Both the position numbers and the translations under genes were made by a program. Below are positions 29,801-38,837 of a stretch of 45,433 nt of DNA, in pieces. How positions within the stretch are numbered: the first letter of the stretch is position 1; each line of letters begins with the position of its first letter. The DNA comes from a virus (taxonomy: Duplodnaviria > Caudoviricetes). Where the stretch lies: positions 1 to 45,433 of IMG/VR virus record IMGVR_UViG_3300025018_000220. One strand, given 5' to 3'. The notes under the pieces were generated by a model, which saw only the letters and a program-made list of their open reading frames with translations, was not told the DNA's origin and searched no databases.

Positions 29801-30133
29801 GTAAATACCTTGCCAGAAACGACCAAAGGTATTCATGTGGGTGCAGGTGGTATTAATAACAGATCACTTGCTGTTTGTTTGATTGGTGGCGTTGATCCGG
29901 ATTCAACCGGACGATTGAGAGCGGCACATAATTTCACAACTGCACAACTTGAATCATTGCGTGGGTTGCTTGATGAACTTGAAGGAAGATATCCATCAGC
30001 CCGATTGAGAGGCCATCGTGACTTCAACAACCTATACACCAATCCAGCAAATAGAAAAGATTGTCCATCCTTTAATGTCCAACATTGGCGACTCAGGGAC
30101 ATTCTTATAGAACCCAATGCACCAGCTGTATGA
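26822..30133 (+). CDS. Baseplate central spike (gp5/VgrG-like) with C-terminal N-acetylmuramoyl-L-alanine amidase
   Basis: DP.KQGRVKVHIP...P.NGD.V.V.F..G OB-fold; GH.F.MDD...IR.RTSHGH; V.GDY beta-helix repeats; VVHCSA, IGYHYII, GIHV, GHRD, KDCPSF. Confidence 0.88.
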   Translation: MTRRRTVNKPVSETGFVRATRNTFESYHNSTHKRDGLYWASVEDDHDPQKQGRVKVHIPQLSLSSGHAVGKRGPKGEGGNGNPGLIWCYPMMPSFGTTDSYGSEEGFANSYGFWGPQPRNGDIVVVAFVNGTMPVWIGCLPKPRKNFMVPGVPGAEVEGETYPVPATEKASTNINPRKVFTGLCQCITNAGLYNDRIRGIGTSGSTRESPSRVAGMLTPGSPNEGRPGHSFIMDDLPEQQGIRFRTSHGHQITFSDVSDTIYIASGQGNSWIELGDDGKIDVYSKDSLSIHTEADLNVRVDGDYLLDVAGDYYHKIGGDYKLEVGGNTDQIFNGYLKANIAKNYEISVNKNLKVAANKKIQVISTNDMSLASKARMLIYGSGVVGIDSGVNVKMENDIASLPSFSSITSNISSTLGAIGGNITDITNIANIGNISALASGVNPSVITNAISGMGGIATSFGIPASDLGGVVASFAANGFDPSSISTSITNMVETIGNIGNITEHLNIIENLGLNLSDIDISSHGLLSIMEKMNNAGLSLSDATTLFGSDIASSFNDITRQGVSISALNANMGSIDFSAFRDNASGLAASLTTSNINDVQATAMAASLSRFTGPRANTRNILNQFSHVLENPSDQALDIMARANIDPATVQLTDSNLLNVLSTLKERQLTVGVARQLFGREHGPFILNMINDTDNISSIITGFDNLDNSVMSNVISGDFGDFGETFADATGVVNNIDLGQFDLSGLNLSQVSDILNQTGMGDIPLSSLNIGDLRELIGNNVSNLNISNLRETLTTLGSGNELLGNLNSGDIGDTLNNISLGTLSNFGVNLDQIGVSGLESVLNNQLTGASSSGRIPTQSLPGPPSPGQAQAGATGSNQQYINRRVPQHEPWRPEGRIAPEAVATSESGNASASDGGVETATDRRAVPTGGTETGNAPSEGTELVPEDIEFLVVHCSASPSSSNYNTESIRRTHTVTNNWSRIGYHYIIERDGTIVNTLPETTKGIHVGAGGINNRSLAVCLIGGVDPDSTGRLRAAHNFTTAQLESLRGLLDELEGRYPSARLRGHRDFNNLYTNPANRKDCPSFNVQHWRLRDILIEPNAPAV

Positions 30134-30255
30134 TTAGAAATAAACAACACTTATGATAGAAAAGAAAAAATATACGAGTACATAGGATATAACCAATTTC
30201 CATAAATCAGTGATACAGTATTTGCAATATTCTATAATTTTTTTTTCATTAGGTA

Positions 30256-31059
30256 TCATGCTGCAATTCCTATTTTCATATCTTGCTGTACCATTTCTAT
30301 CAATTTTTTACTTATTCTTTGTTCCTGTTGGTATATTGATGAAGTTGACACGCCTTGTTCCGATGCCAGTGTTTGCACACTCATGGGTTCATCTGTGAGA
30401 ATACGTCTACGGGCAATCATTTGTTCCTTTGGTGTTAATTTGAATACATATTTGGTTTTCAGAAGATTGAGAACTCTTGTATGATCAAGATCAGCTTCTA
30501 TGGTTTGGTCATTATGGTCAGAACGCCCTTCGACAATTGACGCATCTATGAATTCATCACCACCTGCATATAATGCTTCCATAAATTCAATATCTTTTAA
30601 TGATACATCCATTGCATTTGCCATACATTGTATCTGATCTGGGAATAGCGGACTACTAAACCCTAATTCTCCCATTATTTTTCCATATTGATGGAAAAGC
30701 CGTCTTCCTTTTGAATTAGTGGACAATTTACGTGTTGATGTGATTGAGTCCATCACATAACAATTTATTTCTTCTCTAATATATATGTTTGCAGTTGGAT
30801 ATAATTTGTCACACCGGAAGACATTGTGTTTTTGTAATGCTTTCATAAGGCCGCAAAAGCCTTCTGAAATGAGGTCTTCATAGGTGATGGTCGTCTTTTT
30901 GGAACGACTATAAATCCGAGTAGCACACATATGAACTAAGTGTTGATATTGTTTGAATATTAATTCACGAGATTTCTCGTCGCTGGTCAGCTGATAACGA
31001 AGAATTGCAACAATTTCTTCTTTTAGTGTGAATTTAGTTTTTGGTCTCATTTGGTTCAT
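30256..31059 (-). CDS. sigma70-family RNA polymerase sigma factor, RpoH-like
   Basis: YEDLISEGFCGLMKALQK, YIREEINCYVM, RRLF, region-4 LTPKEQMI..RRIL.DEP.....LA...GVS...IYQ.E. Confidence 0.82.
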   Translation of the reverse strand: MNQMRPKTKFTLKEEIVAILRYQLTSDEKSRELIFKQYQHLVHMCATRIYSRSKKTTITYEDLISEGFCGLMKALQKHNVFRCDKLYPTANIYIREEINCYVMDSITSTRKLSTNSKGRRLFHQYGKIMGELGFSSPLFPDQIQCMANAMDVSLKDIEFMEALYAGGDEFIDASIVEGRSDHNDQTIEADLDHTRVLNLLKTKYVFKLTPKEQMIARRRILTDEPMSVQTLASEQGVSTSSIYQQEQRISKKLIEMVQQDMKIGIAA

Positions 31060-31072
31060 CTCATTTGGTTCA
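31045..31072. repeat. 14-bp tandem duplication TCTCATTTGGTTCA x2
   Basis: Direct reading. Confidence 0.9.
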
Positions 31073-31078
31073 TAAATA
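31071..31078 (+). promoter_or_regulatory. Late promoter CATAAATA for gp25/gp6-like genes
   Basis: Upstream of AAGGA RBS and ATG 31099. Confidence 0.6.
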
Positions 31079-31098
31079 TGATAAAGGAATGGTTACTT

Positions 31099-31461
31099 AT
31101 GACGTTATACAAAGGGTTTTCCTCTGCAACGGATAGCATTGATACACGCTTGACTGATATCGATTTGGTTAAACAGGATTTGCGAAACCATCTTTCCATC
31201 CAGCGAGGTGAAGTCCGTGGCGTTCCACGATTTGGAACACGTCTTAAAGAGATTATAGGACAACCGCTTACCGCTTTCACAAAAAAAATTGTAGAAAATG
31301 ATGTAAAAACTGTCATTAATTATGATCCCCGCGTCGAACTGAGAAAATTTGATGTTACTAGTGATTTGCACAGTATCAGCATTGTTGCCCGCCTCTATTA
31401 TATAGAACACGACATTGAAGATGACTTTGAGTTCTTTCTAAACGAGAGGACCATTGATTAA
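31099..31461 (+). CDS. Baseplate wedge subunit (gp25-like)
   Basis: YKGFS, D.DLVKQDL.NH....GE....P.FGT, YDPRV. Confidence 0.9.
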   Translation: MTLYKGFSSATDSIDTRLTDIDLVKQDLRNHLSIQRGEVRGVPRFGTRLKEIIGQPLTAFTKKIVENDVKTVINYDPRVELRKFDVTSDLHSISIVARLYYIEHDIEDDFEFFLNERTID

Positions 31462-31730
31462 TGATCAGTTCACGCCGCATCACTCACCTTACCGGCAATA
31501 TTTCTACTCTGAAAACATTGTCAGAAAACAAGTCTGCTATGGTTTACCGTAACGGTCAAGCATTTGTTTTCATAAAAAAACTGAAAGAGGCATACGAGTA
31601 TGGTCCCGTTGATGACATGGGCAAACCATTACTAATGGAATCCATTATATTGAAAGAAGCTGAACTTAATGTATTGGTTAAATTTCTTGAATTAAATAAA
31701 GAACACAACATAGAAATAATCATGGAGTAA
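31461..31730 (+). CDS. Hypothetical protein
   Basis: Coupled ORF in structural operon. Confidence 0.65.
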   Translation: MISSRRITHLTGNISTLKTLSENKSAMVYRNGQAFVFIKKLKEAYEYGPVDDMGKPLLMESIILKEAELNVLVKFLELNKEHNIEIIME

Positions 31731-31734
31731 TATA

Positions 31735-34700
31735 GTGACTAGTATTTCACGTCAGAATACCTTATTTGTTGCAGAAGATTGGCGTCGTATTTACGAAGCA
31801 CTTGGCAACATTGATTTCACGGCATATGATCAAGATTCGCTTCGCAATGCGATCATGCAATATATTAAAAAGACGTATCCTGATGAATACAATGACTGGA
31901 TTGGGTCTTCTGAATTCATTATAAAGCTGGACACTCTTACTTATTTTGCTCAATCCCTGTCATATCGCATTGATTTGAATACACGAGAGAACTTTTTAAC
32001 TACAGCAGAAAGACGAGACAGTTTACTCCGCCTTGCATACAATATTGCGTACCGTGTGAACAGAACGCAAGCAGCAACAGGTGAATTAAAAATTCATAAC
32101 ATCAGAACAACACAAAGATTACTTGATCTTGATGACAGACCGATTTCGGGTTCCATCCAATGGAACGACCCAAATGATCCAGATTGGTTTGAAAAATGGA
32201 CCATTGTGATGAATTCTGCTTTCGCGAGTAGAACAAAATGGGGATCACCACTTCGTAGATATGTATCAACTGGTATTGATATTTCTCAATACCGTTTAAA
32301 TTCGCCATCCCCTGCAACCGGTGTTTACAATTTTAAAGCTCCAACAAGAGCAGGATCACTGCCGTTTGAAATTGTCAATGTTCTTTTAAATGAATCTACA
32401 GGAGTATATGAAGAACTGTCTCCCAACCGCTTAAACTCTTTTCATCTGTTATATAGAACAGATGGCAAAGGAGTTGCTTCTAATACAACAGGCTTCTTTC
32501 TCCCATTCCGCCAAGGACAAATGGCATATAAAGATGTCTCGTTTACAGATTCATTGCCAATGCGATCTGTTGATATTAATGTCAATAATATTAATGACAC
32601 TGATGTATTTGTAACACAGATTGATGAAAATGGTGATGTTATCAGGGAATGGACACAAGTTCAATCCGTAATGAACGAAAGCCTCGCATATCATCCAAAT
32701 AATTCTGGCGGTACAATCTTTGAAGTCATTACCCGTAATTCGGACCAAATCACAGTAAATTTCGGTGATGGCAAATTTGGTGCCATACCAAAAGGCATAT
32801 ACCGAATATGGTATAGAACATCTGCTGCGACTGCACCCGTCATCAGAGCGGTCGATATTAATAGAAAGAATGTGACAATTCCATATGTATCAGATGGTGA
32901 AGTCTACAATTTGACACTGACATTTAGTTTGATGGAAAATGTATCCAATGCCGCTCGCCCTGAAACCAACGAAGATATAAGAACTCGTGCCAACAAAGTG
33001 TTCTTTAGTCAAAATAGAATGGTCACAGGAGAAGATTATAACAGTTTCCTTTATTCTGATTCATCCGTATTAAAGGCAAAAGCAATCAATAGAACTTTTT
33101 CCGGTCACGGTAAAAGTCTACCATTACGTGATCCATCTGGAACGTATAATAATGTGAATGCATTTGGTACTGATGGCAGAATCTATAAAGAAAAATCAGA
33201 ATCAGCAATCAGGGCAATTTATAACAATAGTATTGACAGTGTAACATCATTTATTACTGATAATTTGTCTCCATTAATCAAAAAAGAAGACAAACAAATT
33301 CTGTATTATGATGATTTTCCTAAAATTCAAATACCTGCTGTTACCTTTACTGTCACTTCGACAGCAAATGGCAGAAGTCTTGGTAAAATAGATGCGTCAA
33401 TGGAAACAGGCGATCTCGATAAAATTGTCCCTAACGCTATTCTGTTTTTTGCGAATGGTAGAACATCCCGTGTTGATTATGTTGTTGCTGGATCAAATGG
33501 GATTAATGATGATTCCATTTTGTTAAAACGCAATGTGGACTTCACCAGTAGCCAATTGACACATATACTTCCTCCTATGAAGAGAAATTTTACAGAATCT
33601 GAAAGAACAGCAATTTCGGAACGATTATTACTAAGAAGAAGCTTTGGCATACGTTGGGATATTGAAACTGTTTCATGGCAAGTCATAGCCAATGAAGACT
33701 TGAATACCAATGGTGAATTCAGTTTAGAACATCAAGGAAACCAAACGGGCACGGCACTGGATGCAAGTTGGTTGATCAAAATGGACTACGTTGTTGGTAA
33801 TAGTGGCAACGATGAATGGACCATTACGGATCGTGGTATAAGCATCAGTTTTGAATCCGAAAAAGAAGTTGAATTCATTCATGTCAATGATAGAGAAATC
33901 GTTGATGGTAAAACTGGCAAGAAATTACGTGATAGTATTATTCTACTTGAAACCAACGAAGATCGCAACAGTCTACCGCGAAGAGGGCAAAAAACATCTA
34001 TAGGCTCTGACCCCATGGCTGGGAAAATTCTTATACAAGGTGATGGCAATACCCGTAAATTTGATCTAACTGTAGATAAGGTAGATACAGATACTGTTTT
34101 CTTCTTGGTCGATAACGTTCCCGTCAATCGGTCTGATTGGAAGATTGAAAAAGAAACCGGCAAAGCAACATTGGTATTTGATACTGCACCTACTGATGGC
34201 GAATTCATCACGGTCATTTTTGATCCAAGAAAAACACACGCATTACCAATACGCATAGACAAAACCGGAGATGGCGAAACAGTATCATATCCATTATCAA
34301 AACCAAACCTAGCAACAGACAATACTTTCATATTCAAAGCAACAAAATTACTTCAACCGTTTGAAGATTATACAATTTATGAAGGCAGTTCGGCATCTAA
34401 AATCAAATTTCAAGCTATTCCGGGTGATGGGCAAGCAATCGGTATAAATTATTTGTCCGGTGGCGCTCCGGCCTTTGCATCATATAATTATACGGGCGAT
34501 AATATTACAACTGATTTCCCACTAAATATGAGCACAAATTATGTAATGGTGTTCATTGGTGGCGACCGGGTTGATACTTTTACATTGGTCAAAGCGACTG
34601 ACGCTGATATTATCCGGTTCGATACTGCACCATCCACCAATACTAAAATTCATATTCGGGCGCTTTTGTTCGATGATATTTTCAAAATTGATGAAGTCAC

Positions 34701-35985
34701 ATATATCGCTGACACCGGCGATGTCCGCTTTGAGCCACCAACGGGTGTCACCAATGCGTCTACAACCCGCACCATGGTATGGGTCAATGGTGCTTATCAA
34801 CATTTTTTCACATATGATGACGGTATTGATGATATCGTTTTGTCAACACCATTATCTGGCGGGGAAAAAGTTATAATTACCAATTTCACTGTGACTGGAA
34901 CATTGAGTGTTGGATATGATTATGTGTTGCGGTCTGCTTATAATGTTCCAGCACGATATTTGACCAAACCCAAATCATATTTGGTCCATGACCGGCTACG
35001 CCACAGTGATGGTTATTCTAATATTCGTGGCATCCAGTTGACTAATATTGATGAAGACCTTAATGGCGAAATTGATGATCCTTTCGGTTTCCGTGATTTT
35101 ATTATTGATGATGGAGAAAATGATCTAGTTTTATGGCGCAAGGTGATTGAGAATGGTTTTGACATATGGGAACCGATTTCAGAAAAGAGCACACCCCGTG
35201 GTACCTATCATTCCCCCAATCACATTTATAAGGTTGGTACCAATATAGATGATAATATAAATGTTGGGGATATCCATTATGATCAACCCAGTGATACATG
35301 GTTGATCGCTGGAGCATCCACATGGGCAGCTGCATCTGATCAAACTAAATTCAATAAGGCAAATGGCCGATCCGGGTTGCAATTCCGATGGATGCATTAC
35401 ACGTCTGAGAATCATCGTATTGATCCAGCAGCATCAAATATCATTGACGCTTTTATTTTGACAAAAGCATTCGATACTTCAATGCGTCAATGGGTGGCTG
35501 AAGGTGGCAATCAACCTGTTCCGCCCACGTCCAATGCAATTAGAACCCAATATCAAGGATTTGAAGAATTCAAAATGGTTTCAGATGCCATAGTCTGGCA
35601 TCCTGCCAGATATAAACTATTGTTTGGATCACAAGCAGAAAATGAATTGAGAGCGAAATTTCTAATAGTGAGAACACCGGGGTCCAATATACCTGATAAT
35701 GATTTGAAAATCCGGGTGTTGAGAGCCATTGATGAATATTTCGATATTTCGTTGTGGGACTTTGGTGAAAAATTGTATTACACTGAACTCGCCTCTTATA
35801 TTCATACCAGACTCGCAACCATTATACAATCGGTAGTTCCTGTTTCAGTTTCTGGACAACCGTTCGGAAAATTATTTCAAATCAGAGCCGAACCAGATGA
35901 ACTGTTTTTATCAACAGCAACCACAAATCAGATTGAAATCGTCGATGATTTAACCGATGACAGACTCAATATCAAAAATTCGTAA
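31735..35985 (+). CDS. Large baseplate wedge protein (gp6-like) with inserted GDG-x-T-x-x-F repeat domains
   Basis: DFTAYD.DSLR, YP..YNDWI.SSEF, ENFL.TAERRDS.LRLA, FGDG.FG.IP, QNRMVTGEDY. Confidence 0.9.
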   Translation: MTSISRQNTLFVAEDWRRIYEALGNIDFTAYDQDSLRNAIMQYIKKTYPDEYNDWIGSSEFIIKLDTLTYFAQSLSYRIDLNTRENFLTTAERRDSLLRLAYNIAYRVNRTQAATGELKIHNIRTTQRLLDLDDRPISGSIQWNDPNDPDWFEKWTIVMNSAFASRTKWGSPLRRYVSTGIDISQYRLNSPSPATGVYNFKAPTRAGSLPFEIVNVLLNESTGVYEELSPNRLNSFHLLYRTDGKGVASNTTGFFLPFRQGQMAYKDVSFTDSLPMRSVDINVNNINDTDVFVTQIDENGDVIREWTQVQSVMNESLAYHPNNSGGTIFEVITRNSDQITVNFGDGKFGAIPKGIYRIWYRTSAATAPVIRAVDINRKNVTIPYVSDGEVYNLTLTFSLMENVSNAARPETNEDIRTRANKVFFSQNRMVTGEDYNSFLYSDSSVLKAKAINRTFSGHGKSLPLRDPSGTYNNVNAFGTDGRIYKEKSESAIRAIYNNSIDSVTSFITDNLSPLIKKEDKQILYYDDFPKIQIPAVTFTVTSTANGRSLGKIDASMETGDLDKIVPNAILFFANGRTSRVDYVVAGSNGINDDSILLKRNVDFTSSQLTHILPPMKRNFTESERTAISERLLLRRSFGIRWDIETVSWQVIANEDLNTNGEFSLEHQGNQTGTALDASWLIKMDYVVGNSGNDEWTITDRGISISFESEKEVEFIHVNDREIVDGKTGKKLRDSIILLETNEDRNSLPRRGQKTSIGSDPMAGKILIQGDGNTRKFDLTVDKVDTDTVFFLVDNVPVNRSDWKIEKETGKATLVFDTAPTDGEFITVIFDPRKTHALPIRIDKTGDGETVSYPLSKPNLATDNTFIFKATKLLQPFEDYTIYEGSSASKIKFQAIPGDGQAIGINYLSGGAPAFASYNYTGDNITTDFPLNMSTNYVMVFIGGDRVDTFTLVKATDADIIRFDTAPSTNTKIHIRALLFDDIFKIDEVTYIADTGDVRFEPPTGVTNASTTRTMVWVNGAYQHFFTYDDGIDDIVLSTPLSGGEKVIITNFTVTGTLSVGYDYVLRSAYNVPARYLTKPKSYLVHDRLRHSDGYSNIRGIQLTNIDEDLNGEIDDPFGFRDFIIDDGENDLVLWRKVIENGFDIWEPISEKSTPRGTYHSPNHIYKVGTNIDDNINVGDIHYDQPSDTWLIAGASTWAAASDQTKFNKANGRSGLQFRWMHYTSENHRIDPAASNIIDAFILTKAFDTSMRQWVAEGGNQPVPPTSNAIRTQYQGFEEFKMVSDAIVWHPARYKLLFGSQAENELRAKFLIVRTPGSNIPDNDLKIRVLRAIDEYFDISLWDFGEKLYYTELASYIHTRLATIIQSVVPVSVSGQPFGKLFQIRAEPDELFLSTATTNQIEIVDDLTDDRLNIKNS

Positions 35986-36069
35986 GAGTTTTTGATATTA
36001 TATCTAATTGATTTTGTTGGTATTAACCAATAAATTATATGTTGTTGAAGTATTCGCAGTATTTATGTA

Positions 36070-36098
36070 TTGATTTAATGATCATTCTTTCATATATT
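36070..36098 (+). promoter_or_regulatory. Putative sigma70-like promoter TTGATT-17-TATATT
   Basis: Spacing and position upstream of the MucR-like gene. Confidence 0.4.
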
Positions 36099-36169
36099 AG
36101 TATCCTGTAAGCGAAGGACACATGGTGTGTTCACGTGTTTTAGTCGGATATTCCAAAGGAGCGAATCGC

Positions 36170-36949
36170 ATGGAACCCCGTAAAGAAAGCTCAACCATTG
36201 AGCAAACTCATCGTCAGATGATTGCAAGTGAAATCATCTCGGCATATTTGCAAAAAAACCCGGTCGATCTTGATATGATTCCTAATGTCATTAAGAGCAT
36301 TACGCGCGCGGCCAACATCATTTTTGAAACACCTGTTCAAAATGATGCTCTTACTGCAGCAGGTATTTCGTTGCATTCATCGTTTGATAACCTTGATATG
36401 TCTGATATCAAGGCTGTGAGAATGGCAACAGTCATGGATGACGCGATTGTGTGTCTGATTGACGGTAAGAAACTGAAGACAATGAAACGTTATCTTCGCA
36501 GCCATTATGATATTTCTCCCGAAGAGTATCGTCGGGCATTTGGTCTTCCAGTTGACTATCCAATGGTTGCACCTGCATATTCGCGTCAGCGTTCCAAGTT
36601 CGCCAAGAAAATCGGGCTTGGTACCAGCGATAGTCGCAAATCGGAAGACCTGTCTTCTGCTTCAGACCCGGAGAGTGACAGTTTGCTCTTCAACGGAAAT
36701 GAATTGCCGGAAGGTTTGAACGCCACGTCAATCGAAGACACATACACAGATGATTATATTGTCTGTCTGGAAGATGGAAACCATGTCAAAACGCTCAAGC
36801 GTTATCTCCGTAGCCGGTTTGACATGACTGTTGATGAATATCTCACAAAATGGGGTCTTCCAAAAACTTACCCAACGGTTGCACCGGCAACGTCCCGTGA
36901 TATGTCCAATGCCAAGAAAAAGGACCATGCTGCCAGCAAGGCCGCATAG
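36170..36949 (+). CDS. mucR: Ros/MucR-family regulator with two tandem DNA-binding domains
   Basis: EIISAYL..NPV....IP.VI; IVCLIDGKKLKTMKRYLRSHY...PEEYR..FGLPVDYPMVAPAYSRQRS.FAKKIGLG; second copy IVCLEDG...KTLKRYLR...WGLP..YP.VAP. Confidence 0.92.
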   Translation: MEPRKESSTIEQTHRQMIASEIISAYLQKNPVDLDMIPNVIKSITRAANIIFETPVQNDALTAAGISLHSSFDNLDMSDIKAVRMATVMDDAIVCLIDGKKLKTMKRYLRSHYDISPEEYRRAFGLPVDYPMVAPAYSRQRSKFAKKIGLGTSDSRKSEDLSSASDPESDSLLFNGNELPEGLNATSIEDTYTDDYIVCLEDGNHVKTLKRYLRSRFDMTVDEYLTKWGLPKTYPTVAPATSRDMSNAKKKDHAASKAA

Positions 36950-36967
36950 CCACTGATGACATAAAAC

Positions 36968-37005
36968 AGACAATCCCCTGTAGAAATTTCTACAGGGGAT
37001 TGTCT
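36968..37005. terminator. Perfect 38-bp palindrome, likely bidirectional terminator
   Basis: AGACAATCCCCTGTAGAAA/TTTCTACAGGGGATTGTCT between convergent genes. Confidence 0.75.
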
Positions 37006-37017
37006 ATTACACAATCG

Positions 37018-37329
37018 TCATTTCAAATAGGAAGATAATTTTTGAACCGCAGCTTGAATGCATTTTTTGCATTCTTCTTTGGACGATGGGCATGTTTCTT
37101 GAACATAGTGGTTCGTATTATCACCAGCATTAACAAACAAAACAATCTCACATTCGTCATTTTTGCGTTCCATCCAACCAATATATTCGTTGCCATTATA
37201 TCCAAGACGCAACTTGGTTGAACCTTCGGGACTGTCCGAAAGTTTTAAATGATGTTCTTGTACTTCTTGTTGCTGTGAGCAATCACATTGTTCAAGAAGT
37301 CGAATGGCTTTGAAACGCATATAACCCAT
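37018..37329 (-). CDS. Hypothetical protein, possibly virion-associated
   Basis: Follows structural-type gene; MRFKAIRLLE leader-like. Confidence 0.6.
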   Translation of the reverse strand: MGYMRFKAIRLLEQCDCSQQQEVQEHHLKLSDSPEGSTKLRLGYNGNEYIGWMERKNDECEIVLFVNAGDNTNHYVQETCPSSKEECKKCIQAAVQKLSSYLK

Positions 37330-37330
37330 T

Positions 37331-38050
37331 TTAGAGACCGTTAGGTTGATTCATATTGTTATAACGTCTCAAGGCTTCTTCACGAACACGTTGTGCAATT
37401 ATTGCACGGTCATCCGCAGAAGCATCTGCAACTGCTGGAATAACTGCCGCAAGAATTTGACACACATGCTTCAATGTTCTACGTTGGCGTCTAGCTTGTA
37501 ACGCCGTAGAAGCAGATGTTTCAGGATTTGCACCCAGTGTGATGATAGCTTCCGACATTGCAATCAGTGAAAGCACATTCTTTTCAAAATCACTATCCTG
37601 TCTAAGTTCTATAACTTCACCCCCAGAAACATCAGTTGAGGCATAATCTGTTGCACCTGTGTCAGCACCATCAGCAAGGGTAGCACCAGAAAGAGTAATT
37701 TCTGCACCACTTTTAGCAAGGGTAAAAGAATTACCAATAGTACCAGCAACTTTATAAGTAATGGTTACAACATTGCCTGCAACACTGTATTCAGCCGGTG
37801 TAATAGCAGAAGCCGATGAGGCCGCAAGCTTTTCTTTAATATTAGAAGCAGTTTCATTATTGTCTGCACCAATATCAATTTCAGTTGCAAGCGTAGGACT
37901 TGCCTTAAATGTGTATTCACGACCATTAACCGTGATTGTATCGTTTTCAGAAACGTTTGTGACACCGATAGTAATAGTGCCTGTTGCAGCTACCATTGAA
38001 CCTTGTGCTGCTGCAAGAATTGCATCAAAATTTGATTGTGTAATCGCCAT
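37331..38050 (-). CDS. Putative virion structural protein (Thr/Ala-rich beta domain)
   Basis: ATGTITI...DTITVNG..YTF...VVTITYK.AGTIGNSFTL; late promoter; GGGAG RBS. Confidence 0.7.
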   Translation of the reverse strand: MAITQSNFDAILAAAQGSMVAATGTITIGVTNVSENDTITVNGREYTFKASPTLATEIDIGADNNETASNIKEKLAASSASAITPAEYSVAGNVVTITYKVAGTIGNSFTLAKSGAEITLSGATLADGADTGATDYASTDVSGGEVIELRQDSDFEKNVLSLIAMSEAIITLGANPETSASTALQARRQRRTLKHVCQILAAVIPAVADASADDRAIIAQRVREEALRRYNNMNQPNGL

Positions 38051-38079
38051 TGAACTAGTCTCCCATATGTATAAGATAT

Positions 38080-38109
38080 TTGGCGTTAGTATTTATAACT
38101 AAACGCCAA
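38080..38109 (-). promoter_or_regulatory. Late promoter TATAAATA (38090-38097) in the loop of an inverted repeat
   Basis: TTGGCGTTAGT...ACTAAACGCCAA stem. Confidence 0.6.
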
Positions 38110-38144
38110 TACCATGGGAAAACCAAAAATCTGATGAATATATG

Positions 38145-38612
38145 TTATGATAATAGAGATAATCTATTTTTAATATCTAGAACGATTTCGTTGACCATGT
38201 TTTTGAAATCATCCTTATCAACAATAAAATGAGAAAACTCTAAATCATCATCATCATCACATGTGAAAAATATTTCATATTCATCTGAATCCTCATCGGT
38301 CCATTTGAATCCTTGATATACAGGTTTGTAAATACTATTAATAAAATATGTGATATCAGAACCATATTTGTCTTGATGATCCGAAACCCGTATTTTTAAT
38401 TCTTCTTCTAATTGATCATTATCGTCATATATTTGAATATTAATGTAAGCAGAACAAGAAACATTACTAAAACCGGTTTCTATATAAATAGTTGAAGATT
38501 TGAATTGTTCCAGCTGTTTATACACATCATTGATGACAGCGCTAGATAAATCATCTAATCCATCAAATCTGATTAAATTATCAATATTTTCAAACAAATC
38601 AATTATTTTCAT
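38145..38612 (-). CDS. Putative virion internal protein (MKIIDLFE leader), acidic
   Basis: Leader motif; GATAAATA at 38618-38625; KIRVSDH. Confidence 0.65.
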   Translation of the reverse strand: MKIIDLFENIDNLIRFDGLDDLSSAVINDVYKQLEQFKSSTIYIETGFSNVSCSAYINIQIYDDNDQLEEELKIRVSDHQDKYGSDITYFINSIYKPVYQGFKWTDEDSDEYEIFFTCDDDDDLEFSHFIVDKDDFKNMVNEIVLDIKNRLSLLS

Positions 38613-38837
38613 ACTATTATTTATCATATATTTCAATGGGGTTGACCATTGAAATCAATATGACCCGACAAAAAATACAACCTCGTGACAAAAATGATCA
38701 AATGTCATCTCCAGCCATTTCTACACATAATAAAGTAATTTCTTCTTTCAATCGGTCAATTTCCGTATTCAAGAACGCGATCTCGCCAAGCGCATCATCA
38801 GACATCGAAAGCCGCTTCAAAACGTCATCAACAAATG

